DNA of 64,000 nucleotides, from contig NC_043001.1 in the NCBI RefSeq assembly GCF_006345805.1, positions 42,470,001 through 42,534,000 on the forward strand. Reading direction: 5' to 3'. The translations under genes and the position numbers were made by a program. A model generated the notes under the pieces. The model did no database searches. It was not told the origin of the DNA and saw only the letters and a program-made list of their open reading frames with translations. Below are positions 12,481 to 27,045 of the stretch, in pieces. Positions within the stretch are counted from its first letter, which is position 1; each line of letters opens with the position of its first letter. The DNA comes from Octopus sinensis. Its lineage: Eukaryota.

Positions 12481-13648
12481 GTGTTTTTTGTCTCATTATT
12501 TTTCTTAAACTTATTCCAAATAAATATAAATCTTTCAACTCTCAACATTCTAGTTCCAAAACGAAGGGAGCTTTAATCATGCCTATAATTTGTGAAGTTT
12601 GATATATTTTGTGTTCAGTGTTGGATAAAAACTTATACATGTAACTGACTTTTGTTTTTCTTACATGGCCAATTCAAAAGCAAAAGGAATAACAAACATT
12701 AAAGTGAACATAGTTAAGGTTTCAGTCAACTGCTTTTCTGTCATTTGTACTCTTTGTTAAATTAGGATGAAATCATGTTAAAACTTTCAGATTTTACTAC
12801 ACACTTTAAGGTGTTAAAGGTAGTGATTTGGATATTTGAATTTACTATTTGAATATTACTATTTGGATATTTGAATTTACTATATGATAATCACAAATGT
12901 GTTCAAAACGTTCTGTTTGATCTTTAATTTGAAAAAAGAAAATGAGGCTTTTGCTTTCAAGTTGCTCTTCTCTTCTTCCATCATACAATTTTTGCCAGAC
13001 CACACTGGCTTCCCACAGCCCTTTCACCTAGTCCTTTCTTCTGTGAAAATTGGCCCTCTGGATTCTTTCATTGCAATAGTTTAAATGGAACATTACCAAA
13101 ATCAATCTCACCAATCTAAGACAGCTTGGAAAGACCAAAAGCACAGCCCTTTCTTCTAGGCAAACTTTAAAAAAAAAGTTTAAGGCAATGAGTTGGCAGA
13201 CTCATAAGAACAAATGGAAAAGATGCCTTGTGGCATTTAGTTACAGTCACTTTATGTTTCAAGTTCAAATTAACCATGGTTAATTTTCCCTTCCATCCAT
13301 CTGGTATTCAATACGATAAAGTTACTGTTAAGTATTGTGACTAACCCTTTTCCAAAAATGTCTGTCCTTGTGCTTATGCTAGAAACAATTATTATCAAAT
13401 ATAATGCTGAGCTATATCGCATTATTCCTTTTTAATAAAAAAAAAAACTAATCAAAAGAGAAGCTGAAAAATATTAAAATTCTATTTTCATTTTAATTTT
13501 TATTATTATTAAATGTACCCCTGACCTCTCTCTCCTGCTTATCGCTTCCCCTTCCCATCTTTTCTTTGTACTCACACCCCCACATCTTTATCTCAATAGT
13601 AAGCCAAAAAAATAAAATAAAAATTCTTTTTTCTTTTTCTCTTTATAG

Positions 13649-13732
13649 AATCGAGAATTACAGATCATGAGAAAATTGGAACATCAGAACATAGTAAAAC
13701 TGAAATATTTTTTCTATTCCTCAGGTGAAAAG
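13649..13732 (+). CDS. GSK3B: GSK-3 kinase exon equivalent to human exon 3 ([28 protein letters not shown])
   Basis: Pyrimidine tract + TAG acceptor, GTAAAT donor. 84 nt, phase 0/0. Translation closely matches human GSK3B 95-122, including R96. Confidence 0.98.
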
Positions 13733-13750
13733 GTAAATTAGTTTTGTTAT

Positions 13751-14990
13751 ATCATTATTATCATCATCATCATCATCCATTTTCCATGCTGGCATGGGTT
13801 GGACGGTTTAACAGGAACTGGTATGGTCAGAGGCTGCACCAGGTTCCATAATCTGTTTTGGCTTGGTTTCTACAGCTAGATGCCCTTCCTAACGCCAACC
13901 ACTTTACAGAGAGTATTGGGTGCTTTTTATATGCAACCAGCAGCCACTCTAAAGCTTCTTTATGTGGTACCTTTGTTTTAGAATATCAGTTCTGTTGTGG
14001 TGGGCAGGTTTTCTTGAGTACAGTATTGCCACATATCTTAGTCCCCTGTCATCTCCTTTGTAAGACTCAGCATTTTGAGATAAGTCTTCAATACTCTGTC
14101 TCGTGTTTTACTGGGCCTCCCTTTTCCACAACTTCTTTTCACTCTAAATAATTAATACTTCATTATGCAACTGTCCTCATCCATCTGCATCACATGACCA
14201 AATCAGCACAGTCTCCTTTCTTTCACACTGCATATAATTCCTTTTATGCCTAACCATTCTCATGATACACCATTACTCTGGCACACACATACTCTGACAT
14301 AGCACATCCTGCAGAGCATATCAGCTTTATTCTTCTCTAGTTTTTGCATGTCCTCTACATTTAGGACCCATGTCCCACTACCATGCAGCATTGCAGTCCT
14401 TATGCATCATACAGTCTTCTCTTCACATGGAGAGAGAGAGAGACCTTTGGTTGCCAACATAGGTAAAAGCTCTCTGAACTTTCCCCATCCTATTCTTATT
14501 CGCACAGTTACGCTATCTGTACAACCTCCTGCTAATCAAGTCATCTAGGTACCAGAAATTAGCTATAATGTCCAGTAAGCCACTGGGGCATGAGGAAAGC
14601 AGTTTTCCATGTATCTGTGGTCTTTATGGCTCCTGTACATCTTCCACATACAAACTATTTTCTCTGTTAACCTTTCTACAATTCCACTGCACCTCTTGTG
14701 CACTGGGTACACAATGAAGATTTTGCTTATACTCTTTCTGTATATTGAGTAAGGCCATTTACCTGAAGAGTGAAGGGTCTTGTCCACTTTCTTGCTTACT
14801 AGGACCTTGGTCTTTGCTAATTTAACTGTAAGACCCTTTAATTCCGGGTTCTGTTTCCACACCTGGAATTTCTTTTCTAATTCTGTTGAGGGAGCAATGT
14901 CATCAGCATATAGTTGTTGCCATGGGCTTCAAGTTTTAAATATCTCTGTTATGGCCTGAAAGACAATGATGAATAGGAGGAATTTACAAA
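13751..14990 (-). mobile_element. Decayed RTE-A LINE
   Basis: (CAT)n tail, the GATGCCCTTCCTAACGCCAACCA motif, and RT remnant homologous to 11400-12030. Confidence 0.8.
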
Positions 14991-15999
14991 ATAATTTGCG
15001 TGATGAATAAATTTGAATGATGAAAAATACTATTGTATTCTAATTTTATGTATTCGTATTGGCTTAGGTTGAATGCTGCTGAATCTGTTTTGTATTGATA
15101 ATACAAATTTGAGCATTTTTTTTATTCATACAATATGTATAATGATATTTAGTGATCTGAAATATCCTTGTTTAGAGCAAATAGTAATTACTGAGTATAA
15201 TTGATTGTAGTAAAATTGTTCTTCATGGAAGATAATTCAAAGTGGCAGTCATATAATGGAAAGAATTTGAATTAACCCATCAGGTTTCTGGTGAAAATCA
15301 TGGCAACGCTAATAGGATGTTATTCTTTTTCTTATCCTAAATGCCTACCTTACAAGCACTTATTTCCAGCTAGAGTGACTGAGGCAAATTTCTCATCCTA
15401 TCTACAATCCATCTCTGCTACACTCAAACTACACTGTACTGAAACTTCAAAACTGATGTTTTTTTGCATACGTAGTCTCCACTCTCTGTTACTCACCTCT
15501 CTCACTTGGATTTCAGCAATAATGACTTTTCGTTACTGAATCAGTCTCCCTCTGTCTTCTCCAGAATACACCTGCTCCTTCTACCACTCTTGTATTCTTC
15601 AAAGTATTAGCATCTCTTAGGCCATATTTTCTCCTGCATCAAGTTCATATATCTTATTTCACCTCTCTCCAAAGGCCAAATCTTTTTCAGTTCTCAACTC
15701 TCTACATCTCTTGTGTCATCCTCTGTTTATTTTCCAAATTGACACACAGACACCTCAAACACACTTATCTCTTTCTCACTTGAAAGACCTAACTTTTGAC
15801 AAACCGTAACTCTATTTCTACCTATCATACCTACAAGGTCATCCAACCTCATTGCAACTATCCAACACTCACCACATAGTACACAGTACTCTCTTTCTTC
15901 CAGTCGTTCCCCTCCATATGTGTTTCACTCCTGACCATAAGAAACAGCTTAGCAAGTGACTGAAGCTATTCTTTTAGACATGTCCCTCAATGCCTTCAG

Positions 16000-17250
16000 T
16001 CAGCACCTCCCAGTAACTCACACATAACTACACTGCTGCTGTTCAGATGAAAAATAATGTTTGGAGAATCCCACCCACTTTGCAAAACTGAACAGTGTAA
16101 CTCTTGTAAGACCGCAATCCTTTGTGCATTATTCAGCCCTAAAACTTTCCCACCTCCAAAATTACAGCTGATTCTCTGATCTCTTACATAAAGGATCTCC
16201 AACTTTGTGGAATCTTCTTTTCCTCTAATCCTCAACAGCAATGGAAAGTCCCCACCTTCACTGCCTGCATCACATCCAACTCAACACTTCACATCCTTGG
16301 TTAATTTCCACCAAATCTTTTAACCCTAAAGAGTTCCTTATCTTACATACACTTACCAAATGTAGAAAATACCTCTGATTGCTTTAATCCTTTAGCATTC
16401 AAATTACTCTGTCAAACATAACGCGTATTTATTCAAATTGGTTTGAATTAATCATGCATTGCCTCATAGCTTTGAGATTTCAATGATGTGATTCCATGTT
16501 TTTAGATTGACATGTATGGTAAGTGTGAGAGGCCAAATCTAGCCAGTTTGAACATAAAACATGTAGAATATTTGGGCTGGATAAATGCAGTTTATATGCT
16601 GAAGGTTTAAACCAACAAAGCTACTGACCTTTACAATGTTCTATTACATTCAAACACTGCTCCTATATTTACCAAGCACTTTAATGTCTCACTTTCTATG
16701 GGGATTTACTCTCATTTTTGGAAACCCACTGCCCCGTGCCCCATTCTCAAGAAAGGCAACCACTCTGACCCAACAAACTGCCATTTTGTTGCATTCACTT
16801 GTACTCTCAAAGGCACAAGAGACAACCATAAACAATGATGTCCTACACCTTGAATTTCCTTCATTGAGCAATAGTAAAGCTTCTATAGAATTAAATCTAC
16901 CAGAGATCTGCTCTCATAAGTCATATATCTTTTGAAAAGTTCATTGAAAGCAATGTTTTCCTCAACATTACCAATACTTCCAACCATGTCCACATGAATC
17001 TCCTATTAAAACTTCCTGTCTACAAGCTTTATGCATCTCTCATCTCTTGCAATGCTAACTTCCTAGTAGATCACACTCTCAAAGAATGTGCTGATGGAGC
17101 ACTTTCTGCACCACTTTCAATCAACATTGGCATGCTCCAAAGTTCAACTTTGCCCCCCCCCCTCCTTTTTTTTCTTCTTCTTTCTCTGTATCATTGACCT
17201 ACTTGCCATCACCTCTAAAAATGTGCACTTTTATGCAGATAATAGTTCAT
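16000..17250 (+). mobile_element. Ancient CR1/L2/Jockey-group LINE RT remnant
   Basis: Frameshifted translation PILKKGNHSDPTN...LLKLPVY...INIGMLQSSTLPP...HFYADN follows RT domains 0-5. Confidence 0.65.
16388..16606. mobile_element. piggyBac-like MITE inserted in the old LINE
   Basis: TTAA-TCCTTTAGCATT ... ATGCTGAAGGT-TTAA. Confidence 0.7.
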
Positions 17251-18059
17251 GAGTGCTTACACTTGACACTACTCATTAGTGCAATGTTAAAACAATACAT
17301 ATCAATTTTGTTGATACAGTTAGGGTTGCAATTATTATTCAGTGTATGGTGCGACTTATTTATTGCTTGGGATTTTTTGACTGGATGTAATTATCATGCC
17401 ACTGATTCATGAGACATATTTTCCTACAGGACTTTCTCCCCTTTATCAGTTTCAATTCACATTGACTGCTCCCTTTGAGTGGTGTCCTTCACTGTAACTT
17501 AATTGAGCCATGTCTCTAAAAAAATAAAAAGACCCTTTTACACTGATACCCAGCTTCCTCGATACAATGCCTTCACTACAACTAAAGGAACCTTCTTAAT
17601 TGGAATTGAAGTAAAGAGTTGTGTCTACAGTTAGGTTATATTTAGTTTCACAGTTGTAGGTGAGAGTGGTTCTTTATGTTTAAGTATATGTAAAACTTTT
17701 TAAAATACAATTGATTAAAAGTAAACATGTTAAGATCATATTATTTCCCATATGTAATTGTATTCATGCTAAGTTGATATCTAGGAACAGTAGCAAAAAA
17801 TGTTATGCTTTCGTTATTTTGAGTTTGTGACTCCAAGAAATATATAAGGAGAAAAAACCTGTTTGAGGATGAAAATTTTCATTGATTTGTTATAGTTTAC
17901 CTACACTATTTCAGTAGATGAGACTTGAGCTGTTAACCAGTTAAACTTGCTAACTTTTAACAGTGTATTTCAGTGCATAATATTATTGTTTGTTTTTGAA
18001 TCTGGTTTACAAATTTTAAATTTCTTTTTCATTTTCTTTTTCTTTTTCTAATGTTTCAG

Positions 18060-18170
18060 AAAGATGAAGTATTCCTGAATTTAGTCCTGGAATATGTTCC
18101 TGAGACTGTGTATAGAGTAGCTAGACATTACTGCAAGTCTAAACAGACAATACCAATCTTGTATATTAAG
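18060..18170 (+). CDS. GSK3B: GSK-3 exon equivalent to human exon 4 ([37 protein letters not shown])
   Basis: TTTCAG acceptor, GTAAAT donor. 111 nt. Encodes the hinge region. Confidence 0.98.
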
Positions 18171-18216
18171 GTAAATGAATTGTTATCTACTTTTGAATCA
18201 TTATTGTGAGCTATGT

Positions 18217-18385
18217 GGGCACAGGCATTGGTGTATGGTTAAGAAGTTAACTTTGCAACCATGTGCTTCTTTGTTTTGAATCTCACTGTGCTTCACTATG
18301 AGTGTCTACCTTGAATTGACTAATATCTTGTGAGTGAAATTTGGTTGATGGAAATTGTGCAGAAGCCTGTTGTTTATATGTATAT
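18217..18385 (+). mobile_element. Degenerate S1 SINE 5' half
   Basis: Homology to the head of the 5296-5705 element. Confidence 0.6.
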
Positions 18386-18739
18386 GTGAGATAAAGATAT
18401 ATGAAAACTGACCTGAGCAGTATTGAAATAAATTCTTTTCAATGCTTAGCAGGCTCCATAAAAATAGATGATATCTCTTTTTAACTGGGCAGCCTAATCA
18501 GCAATGGAGAAGAAAGCTCTGAAAGCATAGTAACTAGAATAAAGACAAGGTGGGAACAGTTCAGGGAGCTAATGCCTTATCAGGCAACAAGGAGATTCTT
18601 TCTTCAAGTGAGGGGTAAATTTTATGTTGCTTCCATACGAAGTTCAATACTGCATGATTTGGAGTCATAACAGTGACTGCAGAAGATGTATGGAGGTTGA
18701 AAAGCCATAAAGCAAGTATTCTCCATTAGACATGTAATA

Positions 18740-19030
18740 TTAGTGTGTATAAACAACATGGTACAAATGAAGTGAGAGATAAACTAGATATAAGAGGAAT
18801 CAGTTGTAATGTGCAAGAACAAAGACTGTGTTGGAACAAATGGGATGATTTTGAAGGGTAATATTTAGGTAAAGAAGTTCCTGGAAAGAGGTAGACCAAG
18901 AAAAACATGGGAAGAAGCAGTAAAAGCTAATCTCAAGATGTTGAATCTCACACAAAGTGACAAAGAAACTCAGCAAATGGCAAGGCATTGTTGGAAAGGA
19001 TCTTTGCAATCCACACAAGCATAGAAAAGC
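18740..19030 (+). mobile_element. Old RTE RT C-terminal fragment
   Basis: RGRPRKTWEEAVKANLKMLNLT. Confidence 0.65.
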
Positions 19031-19405
19031 GGATGCAAAAAGAGTAATGCTGATATATATGGTGTGTATATGCGTATATATACCTATATCTACAAAAGAT
19101 GTAAGCATTTTTAAGAAAACTGAAATTTCGTGCTTTTTGAACAGTCACTTGTAAAAATTTCTTCTACATTGAGAAACAGGGATTCATACCAATCTTGTCA
19201 TCAGAATTTCAGTGAACCATCAAAGACCTGTAACTAATGGCACTGTTGTTCATTATTTGAAGAATAAAATAAAAAAAGAAGTGATATACAGTGGATTTCT
19301 CTATAAACAAGTTAATATTTTGGTATAGAGTGATGTGGAGTATCTTACTGCTAAAGATGTAATGAATTTGAATAAAAATCAAATAATCTGTGCAAAGAAA
19401 TTGAA

Positions 19406-19719
19406 TTCATCATCATCATCATTTAATGTCCGCTTTCCATGCTGGCATGGGTTGGATGGTTTGATTGAGGGCTGGCAAGCCAGAAGGCTGCTCCAATCTG
19501 ATCTGACAAAGTTTCTACTGCTAGATGCCCTTCCTAATGCCAACCACTCCAAGAGTGTAGTGGGTGCTTTTACATGCTACCGACACGAGGGCCAGTCAGG
19601 CAGTACTGGCATCGGCCTTGCTCAAATGGTGCTTTTTACGTGCCACCGGCATGGGAGGTAGTCAGCGGCCTTGGCAATGATCACACTTGAATAGTGCTTT
19701 TAACATTCCACTGGCACGG

Positions 19720-19755
<36 letters not shown>

Positions 19756-19922
19756 GTGTGTATAATTATCATCATCATTTAACATCTATTTTCTATGCTT
19801 GGAAATTGGTAAGCCATGGAACTGCACCAGGTTCCGATCTGATTTGGTAAGGTTTCTATGGCTGGGATGTCCTTCCTAACGCCAACCACTCCGAGGGTGT
19901 AGTGGGTGTTTTTTACATGCCT
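19406..19922 (-). mobile_element. Two RTE-A 3' tails (19406-19715, 19768-19922)
   Basis: (CAT)n + family-A terminal motif, twice. Confidence 0.8.
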
Positions 19923-20102
19923 CTATATATATATTTATTAATATTTAGCAGAAGTAACAGTGACTCAAGTTCAGAGAGTTTCGTGCACTGGTACTTACCA
20001 AACTCGGTTACTTCTTCTAAATATTAATAAAAATATACTCATACTTTAAGATCTATTTTTTTTCTTTTTGCACCAACACACTTGTGTGAGTGTATGTATG
20101 TG

Positions 20103-20134
<32 letters not shown>

Positions 20135-20138
<4 letters not shown>

Positions 20139-20633
20139 CATGAGGCTTTTTCGAAAGGAAAGGTCTATAGGAGTTGTGTGAGAGCTGCAATGCTGTATGG
20201 GAGTGAGACATGCTGTTTGAGAGAGAGAGAGGGATGGTAATTTTGAGAAGGACTGAGAGAGCAATGGTGAGAGAAATGTGTGGTGTGAGGCTGTTTGATA
20301 AGAGGAGGACTGAGGACTTGATGGGGATGCTGGGATTGGAGGAACCGGTGGAATTGCCATCAAGGGCAAATGGGGTGTGGTAGTATGGGCATGTGTTGAG
20401 CATGTTCTGAAGAGGGTGCTAGAGTTTGAGGTAAATAGAGTGTGAAAGCAATGTAGACCAAGGAAAATGTGGAGGGGACAGGTGGAAGAGGAGATTGGGA
20501 GGGTTGGCTTGAGAAGGGAGGATGCCCCAAACCAGGCGAGATGGTGTGAAGGTGGTTGCCTAGACATTGAGGTAGATCCATCCACTCCCATTAATGGGGA
20601 CAAAACCCGGATTCAAAATGATGGATGATGATA
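20135..20633 (+). mobile_element. RTE family B, RT C-terminus + (GAT)n tail
   Basis: VYRSCVRAAMLYGSET...RRTERAMVREMCGVRL. The tail GGACAAAACCCGGATT is also present inverted at 31761-31830. Confidence 0.8.
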
Positions 20634-20635
20634 AT

Positions 20636-20755
20636 ATAGGCTTCTTTCAGTGTCTACATACCAAATCCACTCACAAGGTGCCATTCAGTGGGACTGAACC
20701 CAAGACCATATGTTTAGGAAACAAGCTTCTTAACTATACACCAAAACCTGTGCCT
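20636..20755 (-). mobile_element. S1 SINE head fragment
   Basis: CCAAATCCACTCACAAGG...CAGTGGGACTGAACCC matches S1. Confidence 0.7.
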
Positions 20756-20870
20756 TAATGCCTTGTGGTAATTGCTTTGACTCTGCACTCTAAATTCAAA
20801 TTCCATTGCAGTTAATTTTATTAGATAAAGTATTAGATTATTGTGAACAGACCAGTAATTGCAAGTTTAA

Positions 20871-21287
20871 CCTTTAGCATTTAAACTGGTCATATCTGGC
20901 CCAAATATTCTTCTGGTTCTATGTTCAAACTGGTCAAGTCTGGCCGCTTGCATCTACCCTATAATGTCATTCTAAATATAAACAATCACATCATCAAAAT
21001 CTCGAAGCTTTGAGATAATTCATGATTAATTGAAAACAGTGTGAATAAATAAGCATTACATTTGACAGTAATCTGAATGCCAAACTAACCATACCACACC
21101 CAAATAATTTGCATTTTTTATGTTAAAGTCAGTCAGATTCAGCCTCTCACACCTACCCTACAATGTCATTCTAAAAATAAGCAATCTCATCGTTGAAATT
21201 TTGAAGTTATGAAATAATGCTTGATTAATTCAAACTATGTGAATAAATAAGCATTGTGTTTAACAGAATAATCCGAATGCTAATGGA
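20871..21287. mobile_element. piggyBac-like MITE with internal tandem duplication
   Basis: Reverse-oriented relative of 16388-16606; an internal segment of about 180 bp is repeated. Confidence 0.65.
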
Positions 21288-22724
21288 TTAAATCTCCAGG
21301 AGATGTTGAGGCATCAGATGTGTGCAAGAGAGAAGACTGAGCTGGTTTGGTCATATGGTGCATATGGATAAAGACAGCTGCGTAAAGAAATGTCGAGCTC
21401 TAATTGTGGAGGGTTTATTGTGGTCCTGGTCGTGCTGAAATTATTTCCATCTGAATTGTATTTAAATCAAACAGCTCATGTGAACCTAACTTGAAAAGAT
21501 GGCAGTTAAATCAGATAGTGTTTTCAGGAAGGAGTTAATTTTACACACTCACACAGATAAAAATTATTTTTTCTGACTCACAAGAATCCATTCTACTAAT
21601 GCTTATTTTTGATCTCCATAGTAGATAGGAAGCTAAGTCTCATGAATATAATGCTTCTCTTTCACATGGAGCTTTTCCCTTGGAAGAAATAGATCTTGTC
21701 ACTGCAAACTAATAAAATACATTCATCAGTTCCACAATATCACTGCTGTTGCGTCTTGTTGGTGTTTAACACCAGGTCAGACTTCATCCAACAGGTGTAT
21801 GAGCAATTGTTCCAGCAGTAACTATTCCATCTCCTTTTTTGTTAGACAGTGAACCCAGATCTACATTGTTCAATCTGTTATTTCTTTTTTCAGTTATTAG
21901 AGTATGAGCTGAGAAAGTTTGACTATTATTTATATCTGGTCAAGCAACTGTGTAAAGGCTCCTTCACTGGCTTTGCAGTGTCTTCATTGCTTAAAATGAT
22001 GAATTATAATGCTCACAGTACCAACTTAATGAAAATGTTTTGATCTAGCTGATATTTACTCCTGTCACAAAATTATTTTATATCCAGTGTAAAACATCAA
22101 AGTAATGTAACTTTTGAGAGCTAAGACTCAACATAATATAAGTGACCAGATTCAATTTTCTGACATGTTGTCTAGTTCCTTATCAACTCAGCTATCTTAC
22201 TCTTTGTAACTGAAAGACACAAACTTGAAATCAACAAACTAACCATAAAAGAAGTTTATTGTGAAGTCACTTGATAATGGCATTTCTGATAAGCATATCT
22301 AGTATTATGCATATCCATAATATCCAACAATATTTGTTTCCTTTCCTTATTACATTGATAGATCCTTGACATTCAACTACGAGAAGACTTCTTTGTTAAC
22401 TGTTAGTGTTGAGTAGCTCTTTGGAGAAACTCACAAGCCTAGCACCCATTAATTTGTAGTTACAAAATGTTAATTGAGGTTGGACTTTCAGCTTTTGCTC
22501 AGCATTATAGCTGTGATCATTTACTTTCTGCTATGATCTCATTGTCCTAAGAGTTAAGATTTAAAATGTATAGTCTCTAATTTGATCAGCAAGAATGCTG
22601 AAGAAATTTAGTTGCATCTAGGTTAGTTTTCAGAACACTTCTGCTGCACACATATTTTCTCTGTGAAAATATATCATGAAATAATAGCAAACAGTAGCCA
22701 TCGCACACTTCCTTTCTCTAGTAA

Positions 22725-23022
22725 AGGAAGAAGTAGACCCAGGAAAATATATAATGAGGTGGTGAAATATGATCTTCAAATGTTGGGTCTCATGAACACA
22801 GTAATAAATGGTTGAGACCTTTGGTGATTTGCTGTGCTTGAGAAGACTCACCAAGCCTAGTGAAATCGTAGTCATAGCCAGTGCCAGTAACACCTAATAG
22901 GCACCCATCCCACAGACACATAAAAGGCACCCACAATACTCTTTCCAGCTTACTAGTTCCAGTCAAACCATCTAACCCATTCCAGCATGGAAAGTGGACA
23001 CTAAATAATGATGACAATGATC
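22725..23022 (+). mobile_element. RTE-A 3' fragment
   Basis: RPRK...EVVKYDLQMLGL followed by the family-A tail. Confidence 0.7.
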
Positions 23023-23888
23023 ATTTTTATAGTAGCTAGTATTTACTTTCAGGATACGCTTTCATACAGCATATAAATTAATAAGGTACTATAAAGCTTT
23101 TCAATAAGTTACCTTAGCATTTATAAAGATATCAACTAAATCTCCCCTCTACTTTTAATTTTAGAATATACAAATTCTGAACCATAATTCACGGAGAAAT
23201 GGCCAAAAGAAAAGGGGATAACCATCACGGACTTTGTACACACACACACACACACACACACATGCGTGTGTGTATACACGTACATTCACACAATGACACA
23301 CTCAGAACTCAGCAACATGTTTACTGTCACCAACAGTTCCAATTGCCATATCTTTGGGGCTCTAAAATCATAGTTTTAAAGCCAGACAATATTTCATAGT
23401 CACATCACAGATTGATTATATTTCTCTGCATTTTTTACAAAAATTTAAGATTGACACAATGTTGGCCATCAAATTCTTATTTTTCTCACACTTGTTAACT
23501 TACAACTTTTCATTTTAATCATTGCCCTATCCTGTAAACCTCACTTAAAGTGTGATTCTCCATTCCAAGTAATGATATTTTATTAAGCATATTGAATGTA
23601 AATAAATTTTTCAGTATTGTCAAGCTCCTATTAAAATATATACTGGAGCTACCTAGTACATTAGGATATCCTTTCTTAGACATCAGGGAAAATTATGCAT
23701 GACAATCTTGAAGTTGAAGCATCCAATCTTTTGGCTTTCTTCATACAGCAAATTAATAGTTGATTCAAAGCTTATTGGACAACCACAAGCTGGTCTTGTG
23801 TACACTTGCTGAGTAGGGAGTATTTTATCTCAATGACAATTTTATATATACTTGTATTGGAATTTTGGTATGAAATACTTACTGTATA

Positions 23889-26249
23889 CAGTGCTCCCTC
23901 TCTATAACGTGGGTAATGGATTCACAGGTAAGTGGGGGGGGGGGGCAGGTGATAATAGAAGAAAATTAGATATTTGGTTTGATTAGTAAAGTGCACGAAC
24001 AAAAAAAAAACATTCAATCAAGTTTAACATTTATTATACAATACCAATAAATTACTTTAAAATATCATGAATTAAAGCACTTACAACAATTTTTAAGAAC
24101 TATTTACATTGTTTACTTCCGGAAGTAGTTCCAGTTGACTCTAAAATAAGAGTTTTCAATAAATACTTATGAAATGCCTTTACATTACATTTCTGATGTC
24201 ATGCCACCTAGTGAATGATTTGAAAGCCCTTAAAAGTATGTTTAATTAATAAAGTTATATTGTATGAAAGTTCACATTTAATAGTTTTTAACTTGATCAC
24301 ATAAAAAAGTCTGTCAGCTTCTGGCACAGTCCTTTCCTCATCTTAATCTGTGCCTGCCTGAGCAGGTTCTTCAGGTGTAGACTGGGTCATAGTCTTCACA
24401 CTCAGTGTATTCTGTAAGCCACTTGAGGTGTGAGGTATGTTGGGGTATGGCTTCCTCTGCTTCCTGTCACCTGCTAACTCAGTTTTGTAGGGTCATTGTA
24501 TCCTCTAGATGCTATTCTCTTCCTCAGTGAATCCCATGAATTCCTCTTTTTCTGGCTGTTGGGGCTGTGGGAAGGCTGCACCAGCAGTTGGCTGTGTTGT
24601 TCCAGTAGTTGGCTATGGTCTTCATTCTCACTTCAGCCCAGACTCTGCTTGACAAGTCACTGGCATCCTTGTTGGTAAGCTTCTTCAGATAGTCTGGAAC
24701 TCTAAGCAGAAATTCTATTGTTTCCAAGATGAACTCCTTCTTGTGGGTGGTTTTTGAAGGCTAGAATGATGCTAGCATCACAGGGCTGTATTTTGCTAGT
24801 TGTGTTCTTGGATGGATAGAGGACCTTGACCTGGCCATCTCTTGATTGTAGGATGTCTCCCTGTGGGTGGGCAGAGCAGTTATCTAGCAGGAAGATAGCT
24901 TTCTCTGGTAGGTTGAGGCTCCTAACACTAGGGACAAATGACTTGAAGAACCATTTTTCAAATATGCTAGCTGTCATCCATGACCTGGCTGAGTGCTTGT
25001 AAAACACTGGTAGATTGTTCATATTTACATGGTGGAAGCACTTGGGTGATCGAAACTTGCCCACAACCAGGGGTTTAAGCTTGTGGGTACCTGTCCCGTT
25101 GTAGGCAAAGAGGATGGTGCATCTGTTCTTTACCTGTTTGTAGCCCAAGGTCTTATGGGCAGCTGTTGTTACTGCTAGGGTGTTGTTTGGTAGCATCTTC
25201 CAGTAGAGGCCAGACTCCTCTGCATTGTACAGTTGTTTTGGGGTGAGGAACTCAGCTTCCATATGCTGCTTCAGGGTAGCTGGGAAGTCATCTGCAGCTT
25301 GGCTGTCTGCTGATCTTTGCTACCCACTGATCTTAACAGCACCTATACCATGGCACTTCTGGAACCTTTACAACCACGCCTTGGTAGCTCGAAAGGTCTG
25401 CTGGTCAGGTTGCTCTGGATGCAGTTGGCTATGAAATTTCACTGCCTGGGTTCTGATAATGGTGCCTGACAGTGGGGTGCTGCCACTCTGCTCCTGGACA
25501 AACCAGGTGAAAACTGCTTTCTCAAGTTCACTGCCAGTGGCAGTCCTGGCCTTCTTCCTAGCTAGGCCCTCACTGTCCACAACTGTATTTACATAACTCT
25601 TGAGGTTAGCCTCATCCTTAACCCAACAATGCAGGGTGGACTCTGGAACACCAGTCTATCTTGATAGTTTGGCTTTGATTTCACCATTTCATATGCGATC
25701 AACCAGATTTAGCTTTTCCTTTACAGAATAGGATTTCCTCTTTGGCATTGTGTATGGTAAATTATTTTTTAAATATCTGCACGATAGCTTGAAATTGTAA
25801 TGAATGAAGTGGGATATGGTCTCCCTTTTATATAAATCATACCTCCAGGGTGTTAATTACTTCCTTTCACCATTATTTTGTTTGACTCATTTGACTCCTT
25901 TGATTGGCGGAAGCTTCTTCAAACAATCCATTCAAATCGTGGAAAACAAACTGTCAAAAGCACTCACTGGTCAAAAAGGTGTTGTTTTCATCACAAAATC
26001 AAAAATTATGCTCACAAAGCAATTAATTAGCACCCAATTATATGGTAACCGATTGCAATATTTTCAAGCTGTTAATTAAGGTATGTATTCAGTTGAAATT
26101 CGCTGAAATTCTGCTTTTAATCAAGGTTATTGCAAGTTGTGAATGATGATGAGGGAAATTCTGCGTCAAATTATTTGGGGTCCATCAAACCACCCGCATT
26201 ATATGCAGGGACGCAGTATAGCAAGATGCCTTGTAAAGAGGGAGCACTG
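23889..26249 (-). mobile_element. Full-length (2361 bp) decayed pogo/Tigger DNA transposon; transposase about 25748 to 24298
   Basis: TIRs CAGTGCTCCCTCT(C/T)TA(T/C)AA and TA TSDs. MPKRKSYSVKEKL HTH, CENP-B-like ELEKAVFTWF, DDE_1 motifs (NAEESGLYWK, LLDNCSAHP, IQPCD). Contains stops and frameshifts. Confidence 0.93.
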
Positions 26250-26258
26250 TATTAATGA

Positions 26259-26441
<183 letters not shown>

Positions 26442-26842
26442 TAAATCTTAAGATTGATACTATTTTTGTTAAGTTTTGCTTTTTCCATGTTCTACCAAAG
26501 CATGTAGACATTTACAATGTTCCTAAACTGAAATAATTCACAGTATGTAATTTTGTTCATATGTCATCATCATCATCATCATAAATATAATAATTTAACT
26601 TCTCACAAATTTCTTCTCTTGTCTCATTCTCTTTTGAGTTGCCATAAAGCACTGGTCCCCATCAAACTAAATAAACTGTACCTCTCTAATCTCTACTGAA
26701 TAGTAGAGTTAATCAATTGTAATGCTGCTATACTTCAAAACTATGCAAGCATTATGTTAAAAACATACCTTGTTTTTTATTAAATTGTGTCTCTTTAACA
26801 AATGATTCTTCTCATGTTGGAATCCCATAGTTTTCATCAACA

Positions 26843-27045
26843 TCATCATCTGACATCTGTTTTCCATGCTGGCATGAGCTGGACAGCTTAACAGAAACTC
26901 GTGAGCCAGAGAATTGTGTCTAGCTCTACTGTTTTGACACAGTTTCTACAGCTGGATGCCCTTCATAATGCCTACCACTTTACAAAGTGTACTACGTGTT
27001 TTTTGCATGGCACCAGCAAGGTCACCACATAACTTGCAAGACAAA
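26843..27045 (-). mobile_element. RTE-A tail in the 814-nt intron
   Basis: (CAT)n and GCTGGATGCCCTTC motif. Confidence 0.75.

Noticed and set aside
1-13648. Search for GSK3 exons 1-2 (SGRPRTTSF, GNGSFG, VAIKK)
   Set aside because: Not found; they presumably lie upstream of the window.
20046-20603. 185-aa ORF on the minus strand
   Set aside because: Antisense shadow of an RTE-B RT remnant plus microsatellite.
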